A stretch of DNA of 64,000 bases, taken from positions 491-64,490 of the forward strand of contig JBBQVR010000001.1 in the NCBI GenBank assembly GCA_038211355.1, read 5' to 3'. Origin of the DNA: Rhodobacterales bacterium. GTDB lineage: Bacteria > Pseudomonadota > Alphaproteobacteria > Rhodobacterales > Rhodobacteraceae. The translations under genes and the position numbers were made by a program. A model generated the notes under the pieces. That model ran no database searches. It was not told the DNA's origin and saw nothing but the letters and a program-made list of their open reading frames with translations. This document shows, piece after piece, positions 56,179 to 64,000 of the stretch (within the stretch, counting starts at the first letter, position 1; each line of letters begins with the position of its first letter).

Positions 56179-57786
56179 ATGCAGGACTGGTGGCGAGGTG
56201 CCGTGACCTATCAGGTCTATCCCCGATCGTTTCAGGATTCGAACGGCGACGGGGTGGGCGACCTGCCGGGGATCACGCGGCGCCTGCCCTATCTGGCCGA
56301 TCTTGGGGTTGAGGCGGTGTGGCTCTCGCCCTTCTTTCGCAGCCCGATGAAGGACATGGGCTATGATGTCAGCGATTACTGCGACGTGGACCCGGTCTTT
56401 GGTACCCTTTCCGACTTTGACGCGCTGGTGGCGCGGGCGCATGATCTGGGGCTGAAGATCATCATCGATCAGGTCCTTAGCCACACGTCAGATCAGCATC
56501 CCGCTTTCGCGGAAAGTAGGGTGGATCGGATGAACCCCAAGGCTGACTGGTATGTCTGGGCCGACCCACGCCATGACGGCAGCCCGCCGTCGAACTGGCT
56601 TTCGGTGTTCGGCGGGTCTGCCTGGGCTTGGGATGCGCGCCGCAAACAATATTACCTGCACAACTTCCTGACCAGCCAGCCCGACCTGAACTATCACAAC
56701 GCGGATGTGCAGGACTGGGCGCTGTCGGTCCTGCGCTTCTGGCTGAAACGGGGGGTGGACGGGTTCCGCTTTGACACGGTCAACTACTTCTTCCACGATC
56801 CCCTGATGCGCGACAACCCCGCCGATTACCGCGTGAAGGTTGAGGCCGAGGGCAACCCCTACGGCATGCAGTACCACCTGTTCGACAAGAACCAGCCCGA
56901 GAACCTGCCCTGGGTGGAGCGTATCCGCGGCGTGCTGGACGAATTCGGCGCGGCAAGCGTGGGTGAGATGGGCGAAAGCCACCATGCCATCCGGATGATG
57001 GGCGACTACACCGCGCCGGGGCGGCTGCATCAGTGCTATTCGTTTGAACTGATGGGCTATGACTATTCGGCCGCGTTCTTCCGCAGCCGGGTAGAGGGGT
57101 TCCTCACCGGCGCGCCAGAGGGTTGGCCGATGTGGGCGTTTTCCAACCATGACGTGGTGCGCCACGCCACCCGCTGGGCCAAGCATGGTGAGAGCGTGGA
57201 GGCCGTGGCCAAACAGGCCGCAGCACTTCTGTTGTCGTTTGAAGGGTCCATCTGCCTGTGGCAGGGCGAGGAGCTGGGGCAGACCGACACGCCCCTCACG
57301 CTGGACGAACTGACCGATCCGCAGGGCATCGCCTTCTGGCCCGAACCGGTGGGCCGTGACAACACCCGCACGCCGATGGTTTGGGATGGATCGGCTGAAG
57401 GGGGCTTTACGACCGGTACCCCATGGTTGCCCGTCAAGCCAGAGCAGGCGGCGCGGCATGTCGAGGGGCAGTTGGGCGCGCAAGGGTCAGTGCTTGAGGC
57501 ATACCGGGCGATGCTGGCGTTCCGCAAAGCCAGCGCGCTGAAGGATGGGAAGACCCGGTTTTTCCAACTGGCTGAGCCGCTGCTGGCCTTTCAGCGGGGG
57601 GAGGGTGCGGATGCGATCCTTTGCCTTTTCAACCTGTCGCCGGTGACGCGCTCGCTGACCCTGTCGGGTGTCGGGGCAGTCACCGGGCCGTCGCTTTCGG
57701 CGCTGCTGACGGGGGACCGGCTGACCCTTGGCCCCAACGCGGCGGCCTTTCTGACGGTCACCGGGGCCGTCATCCTGCAGGACTGA
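56179..57786 (+). CDS. Alpha-glucosidase (GH13)
   Basis: YQVYPRSFQDSNGDGVGDL, MGYDVSDY, DQVLSHTS, GFRFDTV, FSNHD, RDNTRTP. Confidence 0.9.
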   Translation: MQDWWRGAVTYQVYPRSFQDSNGDGVGDLPGITRRLPYLADLGVEAVWLSPFFRSPMKDMGYDVSDYCDVDPVFGTLSDFDALVARAHDLGLKIIIDQVLSHTSDQHPAFAESRVDRMNPKADWYVWADPRHDGSPPSNWLSVFGGSAWAWDARRKQYYLHNFLTSQPDLNYHNADVQDWALSVLRFWLKRGVDGFRFDTVNYFFHDPLMRDNPADYRVKVEAEGNPYGMQYHLFDKNQPENLPWVERIRGVLDEFGAASVGEMGESHHAIRMMGDYTAPGRLHQCYSFELMGYDYSAAFFRSRVEGFLTGAPEGWPMWAFSNHDVVRHATRWAKHGESVEAVAKQAAALLLSFEGSICLWQGEELGQTDTPLTLDELTDPQGIAFWPEPVGRDNTRTPMVWDGSAEGGFTTGTPWLPVKPEQAARHVEGQLGAQGSVLEAYRAMLAFRKASALKDGKTRFFQLAEPLLAFQRGEGADAILCLFNLSPVTRSLTLSGVGAVTGPSLSALLTGDRLTLGPNAAAFLTVTGAVILQD

Positions 57787-57803
57787 TCAGGGCGCGGAAA
57801 GGC

Positions 57804-57828
57804 GCGTGGGCAGGATTGCCCACCCTAC
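57804..57828 (-). repeat. GTAG-type REP element supplying the GH42 stop codon
   Basis: Minus strand GTAG-GGTGGGCA-atcc-TGCCCACGC; TAG at 57825-57827. Confidence 0.75.
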
Positions 57829-59726
57829 AAAGCCGTCCAATGCACCCCAGCCGGGGGAATACTGACGCCGCCCCATTCCGCCGGCACCGGATTGTAGTTG
57901 AACATGAACCTATGGGTCGCCGTGTCGCGGCGGCGCAGGCCTTCGGGCAGGGGGTCAGTCTCGATCCCTTCGGACAGGCAGGCGCGATGCAGGATGCGGG
58001 TCAGGGCCTGATCGTCGGGCCAGCCGGCCAGATAGTGCATCCGGCCCGCACTGACGAGGGCGGGCCAGCCATCCTCGGCCACCTCGGTCACGGTCGCCGA
58101 GCCTTCCAGCTTTTCGCGCCAATGCACCAGCGCGCCGCCCATGGCCAGCGGCACCGGAACATCGGGCGGCAGGCTTTCGACGCGGATCACGCGGGCGTCC
58201 AGCCCGGGCAGGTTGGGCGGCAGGGGAACGGGGATCGAGAAATTCGCGGTCTTGGAGTTGGTGCGGGGCCCAAGGATCGCCGTGCCCTGATACGCGGCCA
58301 GCGCGGCCTTCAGCGGGTCTGACAGGGTGAACAGGCCCGGCGCCAGCACCAGCTTGTAGGCCGAGAGGTCAGCCGTATCGGGGGGCAGGATATCGACGTT
58401 CAGGCCAAGGCGGCGCAGCCCCTTGTACAGGTGGAACACCAGCCAGAAGTAGCTGAAGCTGCGGCCCTGCGGCTGAATTTCCCACGCCCAGTCCGAGGCA
58501 TAGTCGAAAATAAGCGCCACGTTGGCCGTAGCGGTATCCACATCCGGCATTGCAGCCAGTTCGCGGGCGACCTGCTCTGCCTCGCCAAAGGCCTGAGCGG
58601 GGGCGCTGTCCGGGCGCAGCAGGCCGGCGTGCATCTGTTCCTGCGCGAAAGGCGCCTGACGCCAGCGGAAATAGCACACTGCCTCGGCCCCATGGGCGAA
58701 AGCCTCCCACGCCCAGAGCCGGGCCATGCCGGGCAGCGGGTCGGGGTTGTAGGGCGCCCAGTTCACGGGGCCCGGCTGCTGTTCCATGATCCACCAGCGG
58801 CCCCGGCCAACGGCGCGGTAAAGGTCATGGTGGAAAGCCTGAAAGTCCGGGTCGCCTTGGCGCACGAAGCGCAGCTTGTGATCGGCAGGTGCGGGGATGC
58901 GATCAGAGAGGAAGCCGAGGGGGTAGCTGTCCCAGCTGGCGATATCAAGGTCAGCGCCCACGGCGAAATGGTCAAACTCGGTCACCGCGCCCATGTAGTT
59001 GTGGGCGACGGGCGAAGGCGAGTGTTTGCGGATGATGTCCGTTTGCAGACGGTTGAAGCTGACAACCTCGTCACTGGCAAAGCGGCAGAAGTCCATGACG
59101 TGGGACGGGTTCGGTTCGGTTACGGTCAGGTTCGGCAGGCCGATGTCGCTCCAATCGCTATACTCCATCGACCAGAATACATTTCCCCAGGCGCGGTTGA
59201 GCGCATCGGGGGATTGGTATTTCTGCGCCAGCCAGTCGCGGAAACCGGTCTTGGCGGCGTTGGAATAGCTGAGGGTCGTGGCGTGGCAGGCGTATTCGTT
59301 GTCGGTCTGCCAGGCGGCGACATGGGGGTTCTTGCCATAACGCTCGGCCATTGCGGAAACAATCTTGGCGCATTCTGCCCGATAGCCGGGGTGCGAGAAA
59401 CAGTAGTGCCGACGTGAGCCAAAGCCGCGCGGTTTGCCGTCGCGATCCAGCGCCAGCATGTCGGGGTGACGCTCCAGCATCCAGCGCGGGGGCGTGGCGG
59501 TGGGGGTTCCAAGGACGACCTTGAGGCCATGGGAACCCAGCGTCTCAATCGCACGGTCCAGCCAAGCCCAGTCATAGGTGCCGGGGGTGGGCTCCATCCG
59601 GCTCCACGCGAATTCGCCGATGCGGACCCAGGTCAGGCCAAGCGCGGCCATGCGGGAGGCATCTTCGGCCCATTGCGCCTCGGGCCAGTGTTCGGGGTAG
59701 TAGCAGACGCCTAAAGTGCGTTTCAA
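57825..59726 (-). CDS. Beta-galactosidase (GH42)
   Basis: GVCYYPEHW, GEFAWSRMEP, WQTDNE, MEQQPG, EQMHAG. TTG start. Confidence 0.92.
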   Translation of the reverse strand: MKRTLGVCYYPEHWPEAQWAEDASRMAALGLTWVRIGEFAWSRMEPTPGTYDWAWLDRAIETLGSHGLKVVLGTPTATPPRWMLERHPDMLALDRDGKPRGFGSRRHYCFSHPGYRAECAKIVSAMAERYGKNPHVAAWQTDNEYACHATTLSYSNAAKTGFRDWLAQKYQSPDALNRAWGNVFWSMEYSDWSDIGLPNLTVTEPNPSHVMDFCRFASDEVVSFNRLQTDIIRKHSPSPVAHNYMGAVTEFDHFAVGADLDIASWDSYPLGFLSDRIPAPADHKLRFVRQGDPDFQAFHHDLYRAVGRGRWWIMEQQPGPVNWAPYNPDPLPGMARLWAWEAFAHGAEAVCYFRWRQAPFAQEQMHAGLLRPDSAPAQAFGEAEQVARELAAMPDVDTATANVALIFDYASDWAWEIQPQGRSFSYFWLVFHLYKGLRRLGLNVDILPPDTADLSAYKLVLAPGLFTLSDPLKAALAAYQGTAILGPRTNSKTANFSIPVPLPPNLPGLDARVIRVESLPPDVPVPLAMGGALVHWREKLEGSATVTEVAEDGWPALVSAGRMHYLAGWPDDQALTRILHRACLSEGIETDPLPEGLRRRDTATHRFMFNYNPVPAEWGGVSIPPAGVHWTAL

Positions 59727-60589
59727 AGGATCACCTGATGTTCGGTCTGGCCGGTGGCAATGCCCCGGGCCATGAAAGTCTTGCCCGCCTGGGGATGGGC
59801 GGCCTTTGCGGCGGCGTCCATGCCTTGCAGGGCGGTGGTGCAGTACAGCGTGTCGCCCCCGAAGGCCGGGCAGGAGGTGTGGGGCGCGTCAAAGCCGACG
59901 GCGCGCAGAAACTGGCCATCCGGCGCATAGGCCGCCACGCGGGCGGCGCCCCATTGGGCCAGCCACATCACACCGGTCGTGTCGATGACCGCGCCGTCGG
60001 GGTTCAGCCCCTCGGCGGTCAGGTCAAGATAGACCTCGGGTTCGCCTTTGGGCCAGCCTGCGCTGTCCAATCCCACGCGCATCACGCGACCGGTTTCGGT
60101 GTCAGCAAAGCAGGCGCTTTTGCCGTCCGGTGCAAAGGAGATGCTGTTGGAGATGCCGATGGGCGCGAAAAGCCTGCGCAGTTCGCCCCGGTAGAACCGG
60201 TAGATCGCGCCCTTTGCGGGCAGGCCGCCACCGTGGGCCTTGCCAAGCGTGCCGATCCAGAAGCCACCCTGCGGGTCGGCCCGCCCGTCGTTGGAGCGAT
60301 TGTCGGGAAGGTCAGCCTCTAGCGGGACGATCAGGGCCTTGGTGCCGGTTTCCAGATTGAACCGGTAAAGCCCGGTTTCCGAGGCGAGCAGAAGCTCATC
60401 CCGGTTGATCCAGCCTGCGGCAGAGGTCATGTCGTCCATTGCCCAGTCCAGAGGGCCATCGGCGGTGCGCGACAGCATGCGTTTGCCGGTGATGTCAAAC
60501 CAGATCAGCTGCTGGCGCAGGGGGTGCCACAGCGGGCCTTCGCCAAGATTGCAAGGGCGGTCATCAAAGACTGTGGCCTTGAGGGTCAT
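59723..60589 (-). CDS. SMP-30/gluconolactonase family (sugar lactonase)
   Basis: [31 protein letters not shown]. Confidence 0.88.
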   Translation of the reverse strand: MTLKATVFDDRPCNLGEGPLWHPLRQQLIWFDITGKRMLSRTADGPLDWAMDDMTSAAGWINRDELLLASETGLYRFNLETGTKALIVPLEADLPDNRSNDGRADPQGGFWIGTLGKAHGGGLPAKGAIYRFYRGELRRLFAPIGISNSISFAPDGKSACFADTETGRVMRVGLDSAGWPKGEPEVYLDLTAEGLNPDGAVIDTTGVMWLAQWGAARVAAYAPDGQFLRAVGFDAPHTSCPAFGGDTLYCTTALQGMDAAAKAAHPQAGKTFMARGIATGQTEHQVIL

Positions 60590-61206
60590 CGAAACGCCTC
60601 ATCATGGGCGGCGACGATGGCGGCGGCGCGGGACGTGATCTCGGCCGGGGTGGTGCCGGGGGTGTAAAGCGCGGTGCCGATGCCAAAGCCACTGGCGCCG
60701 GCGTTTACCCATTGGACAAAGTTGGACGGACCCGCGCCGCCGACGGCATAGACCGGCAAGGCCTTTGGCAGGACGGCACGCATGGCTTTCAACCCGTCAG
60801 GACCGATCAGCGAGGCGGGGAAGATCTTCAGGCCGGTGGCCCCGGCCTGAAGCGCCGCGAAACACTCGGTCGGGGTCATCACGCCGGGCCAGCTGGCCAT
60901 GCCGCGGTCGCGGGTGGCGCGGATGACGGCGGGATCACAGTTGGGCGAGACGATCAGCGTGCCGCCTGCCGCCTGAACGGCGGCCACGTCTTCGACGGTC
61001 AGGACGGTTCCGGCGCCAACCTCGGCCCCGTCGCCAAGCGCGGTTGCCATGGCCGCGATAGAGGTGAACGGATCGGGAGAGTTCAGTGGCACCTCAATCC
61101 TTGTGATCCCGGCGGCCACCAGCGCCTGCGCCACGGCTACGGCATCAGCGGGGGTGATCCCGCGCAAAATGGCAATGAGGTTGCGGTGCAGGATCGGGGG
61201 GGTCAT
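60586..61206 (-). CDS. dgoA: 2-dehydro-3-deoxy-6-phosphogalactonate aldolase
   Basis: [33 protein letters not shown]. Confidence 0.88.
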   Translation of the reverse strand: MTPPILHRNLIAILRGITPADAVAVAQALVAAGITRIEVPLNSPDPFTSIAAMATALGDGAEVGAGTVLTVEDVAAVQAAGGTLIVSPNCDPAVIRATRDRGMASWPGVMTPTECFAALQAGATGLKIFPASLIGPDGLKAMRAVLPKALPVYAVGGAGPSNFVQWVNAGASGFGIGTALYTPGTTPAEITSRAAAIVAAHDEAFR

Positions 61207-62117
61207 CTGGCGGCCTCTGGCTGAAGGGCAAGGCTGGACAGCCCGGCAAGGGTGCAATCGGTGACAGACAGGCTTTGGGCGTCAACCCCTTGGAATTTCA
61301 GCGCGCGGGCATAGGCGTTGGACAGCCGGGACGCGCCCACCAGCGTAACGCGCTGGCCCAGCCAGTAGGGGCGGGCGGCGGCAAGTTCGGTCCCGATCAG
61401 CAGGCCCGACAGCCGCGCACGGGCGGCGGCAGGGGTCAGGCCCGCGATCAACCCCTCAGCCCTAAGCGAGAACAGCCGCGCGCCAAGGCGTTCGGGGCGC
61501 GACAGGGCGTCGGACACTGCGGTGTCAAAGGCGGTGTCGTCCCAGCCGTCGCCCAGCAGCCCGTGGCGCAGGACCGACTGTTCGGACAAAAGCGCGAACA
61601 TCTCACCGGTCATGAAGGTCTGGAAGCTGACCACCTCACCGGCGCTGATCTGAACCCATTTGGAATGGGTGCCGGGCAGGCAAAGGATGCCGTCATAGCC
61701 GGGCATCAGGGACAAGGCCCCGGCGATCTGGGTTTCTTCGCCGCGCATCACATCTGCCGGGGTGGTCTGTTTCAGGCCCGGGGCGATGTGGACGGTCAGG
61801 CGCGGGTCAGTCGTCGGGGCGGCCACAAGGGCCTCGGCGTCAAGCGGCGTGCAGGGGGCGGCGCGATAGGGCGCCTCACACCAGCCCTGACGGCTGCCGA
61901 CCATGCCGCAGGCGTAGACCGGCACCGACCCACGCTCTAGCCAAGGGCCGATCAGGCGGAGGAGGGCAGGCTCAAACCCCTCACGCGTCAGCTTGCCCAT
62001 GCCGTCATCCGACACGGCCTCGGCCAGCACGCGGGCACCGTCCATCGCCCAGGCGCGAAGGTTTGATGTGCCCCAGTCGACCGCGATCCAGCCAGGGGTG
62101 ATCTGTGCATCGGTCAT
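61203..62117 (-). CDS. dgoK: 2-dehydro-3-deoxygalactonokinase
   Basis: [39 protein letters not shown]. Confidence 0.92.
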   Translation of the reverse strand: MTDAQITPGWIAVDWGTSNLRAWAMDGARVLAEAVSDDGMGKLTREGFEPALLRLIGPWLERGSVPVYACGMVGSRQGWCEAPYRAAPCTPLDAEALVAAPTTDPRLTVHIAPGLKQTTPADVMRGEETQIAGALSLMPGYDGILCLPGTHSKWVQISAGEVVSFQTFMTGEMFALLSEQSVLRHGLLGDGWDDTAFDTAVSDALSRPERLGARLFSLRAEGLIAGLTPAAARARLSGLLIGTELAAARPYWLGQRVTLVGASRLSNAYARALKFQGVDAQSLSVTDCTLAGLSSLALQPEAAR

Positions 62118-62878
62118 CCGGCGATGAACCCCCCGTCAAGGACCAGCGTCTGCGAGGTCATCATGCGTGAGGCGTTGGAGGCAAGGTAAAGCACCGCACC
62201 CGAGACATCGGCAGGCTCAATCGGGTCTGGCAGGCATTGCTTGGCAAGGTGACTGGCCAGGCTTTCCGGCGTCACCCAAAGCTCTTTCTGGCGGTCGGTC
62301 AGCACCCAGCCGGGGGCGATGGCGTTCACGCGGATGCGGTTTGGCCCAAATTCCCGCGCAAGGGTCCGGGTCAGGCCGATGATCCCGGCATTGGCGGTGA
62401 TGTAGGCGGCATAGCCGGTGTCGGCCATCATGAAGCTGATCGACGAGAAGTTGATGATGCTGCCCCCGCCTGCAGCCTGCATGCTAGGAATGACCGACTG
62501 GCAGGCGAAGAAATAGGACCGCAGGTTGACGGCCATCGACCAGTCCCAAAAGGCCTGGTCGGTGTCCAGCGTGGTGTGGCGCTGGTCGTTGGCGGCGTTG
62601 TTGACCAGCACGGTGATGGGCCCGTGCGCCTTGGCGGCTGTCGAAAGCGTCAGCTGCAACTGGTCAGTCACGGCGATGTCACAGGGCAGGAACAACGGAC
62701 GGTTGCCGGTGGCCACCTCCATCGCGTCACAAAACGGCGTCGCGTCCGAGCGTTGGCAAAACGCCACCTTCGCGCCTTGCCGCAGAAAGGATTCCGTCAG
62801 CGCAGCCCCGATGCCAGAGCCGCCGCCGGTGATGAAAACCGACTGGCCGTGAAGATCGGGAAAGGTGGGGTCGGTCAT
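62114..62878 (-). CDS. SDR oxidoreductase (probable galactose/pentose 1-dehydrogenase)
   Basis: TGGGSGIG, VNNAAND, Y-x3-N variant of the catalytic motif (YITANAG); galactose cluster context. Confidence 0.75.
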   Translation of the reverse strand: MTDPTFPDLHGQSVFITGGGSGIGAALTESFLRQGAKVAFCQRSDATPFCDAMEVATGNRPLFLPCDIAVTDQLQLTLSTAAKAHGPITVLVNNAANDQRHTTLDTDQAFWDWSMAVNLRSYFFACQSVIPSMQAAGGGSIINFSSISFMMADTGYAAYITANAGIIGLTRTLAREFGPNRIRVNAIAPGWVLTDRQKELWVTPESLASHLAKQCLPDPIEPADVSGAVLYLASNASRMMTSQTLVLDGGFIAG

Positions 62879-64000
62879 AGGCGTGTTCCTTCGACGACCC
62901 ACATCGTGGCGGGCCACGCCACGGGGAGCAAGAGCCCACGCGTCATCAGCGCCTGTCCAGTCAGGGTCAGCGGCGCGGATTTAAGCGCGTTTGGCCCGCG
63001 GGATTGGCGCGGGGCGTCTTCGGGGTTGATCAGGGTGACAGCGTAGCGGGCGTCAGGGTCAAGCCCGGTCAGGCGCAAAGGGCGGGGCAGGATCTGGCGG
63101 CTGGTCGCAGCTTGCCCCGCGAAGGTAACAAAGCGCTGGTCATCGGCAGCAATCTGCATCTCAGCCGTCACGGCGGGGTCATCGCTATCCAGCCGGTGGA
63201 TCGTGCCCGCCAGCATCCAAGCCCGGTTATCCTTCCACCAGCGCGTGACGCGGGCGAGGGTCAGGGCCTCAGCCTCGGTCAGTTCCCGCAGGTCCATCTC
63301 AAACCCCATGTGGCGCTGGGCGGCGACCCAGGCCCGGAACGCCATTGGCAGGACACGGCCCGAGGTGTGGCAATGGCGCGGGCCGACATGGCTGCCGGTA
63401 ACGGCGGCGGGCAGGAACAGGGCGGCGTCATGCTGGATACGCAGACGCTCCAGCGCGTCGTTGCTGTCGCTCAGCCAGACGCGGTGGGTGTGGGCGAGGA
63501 TGCCCGCGTCGATGCGGCCACCACCGCTGGCGCAGGATTCGATCTCAACCATCGGGTGTGTGGCGCGAAGGCGGGCCAGAAGGTCATAAATGCCGTGGGT
63601 CTGGGCGGTATCGACAACGGGCAACAGGCGGTTGTGGTCCCACTTGATGTAGTCGATGGGGTATTCGGTCAGGATGGCCGAGACCTGATGAAAGAGGTTG
63701 TCGCGCACCTGCGGCAGCCCAAGGTTCAGCACCATCTGGTTGCGGCCGGTGATCTGGTCGGCTGGCCCCAGCAGCCAGTCCGGGTGGGCGCGGTAGAGGT
63801 CTGAGTTGGGGTTGACCATCTCAGGCTCAAACCACAGGCCGAAGGTCATGCCAAGGCTGTGGATGTGCGCTATCAGGGGGTGCAGGCCATCGGGCCATTT
63901 GGCGCGGTCGATGGTCCAGTCACCAAGGCTGGTCGTGTCGTCGTCGCGCTTTCCGAACCAGCCGTCATCCAGGACGAAGCGTTCCGCGCCAAGTGCGGCG
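62875..64000 (-). CDS. Alpha-galactosidase (GH36), 5' part outside the window
   Basis: RFVLDDGWFGKRDDDTTSLGDW, FGLWFEPEMVN, YIKWDHNR, ESCASGGGR, WLSDSND. Confidence 0.92.
   Translation of the reverse strand, partial: AALGAERFVLDDGWFGKRDDDTTSLGDWTIDRAKWPDGLHPLIAHIHSLGMTFGLWFEPEMVNPNSDLYRAHPDWLLGPADQITGRNQMVLNLGLPQVRDNLFHQVSAILTEYPIDYIKWDHNRLLPVVDTAQTHGIYDLLARLRATHPMVEIESCASGGGRIDAGILAHTHRVWLSDSNDALERLRIQHDAALFLPAAVTGSHVGPRHCHTSGRVLPMAFRAWVAAQRHMGFEMDLRELTEAEALTLARVTRWWKDNRAWMLAGTIHRLDSDDPAVTAEMQIAADDQRFVTFAGQAATSRQILPRPLRLTGLDPDARYAVTLINPEDAPRQSRGPNALKSAPLTLTGQALMTRGLLLPVAWPATMWVVEGTRL

Overview
GC-rich alphaproteobacterial chromosome segment with about 54 CDSs. The gene set and the GAAC-N7-GAAC LexA box suggest Rhodobacteraceae (inference). 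No rRNA, tRNA, CRISPR array, integrase or transposase was seen. Most of the window is housekeeping and metabolism: an ABC transporter, iolG, argE, fused selD plus mnmH, dnaE2, an MltB-type transglycosylase, rnr, dapE, dapD, asd, rlmN, an M17 peptidase, a carbonic anhydrase and a De Ley-Doudoroff galactoside cluster. The stand-out region is 8008-20755, a 10-gene cluster. It holds two signal-peptide-bearing metacaspase-type (C14) proteases, an S1A zymogen with a K|VIGG activation site and a non-trypsin S1 pocket, an HtrA-like protease, a lipoprotein patatin, an OmpR-family two-component system and three paralogous secreted proteins with a K/R-G junction. Three of its promoter regions share the motif TGACAAA-N4-GT(C/T)A. 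My inference is a two-component-controlled, extracytoplasmic proteolytic cascade that I do not recognise as described. All family assignments come from motifs read by eye; no database searches were run.
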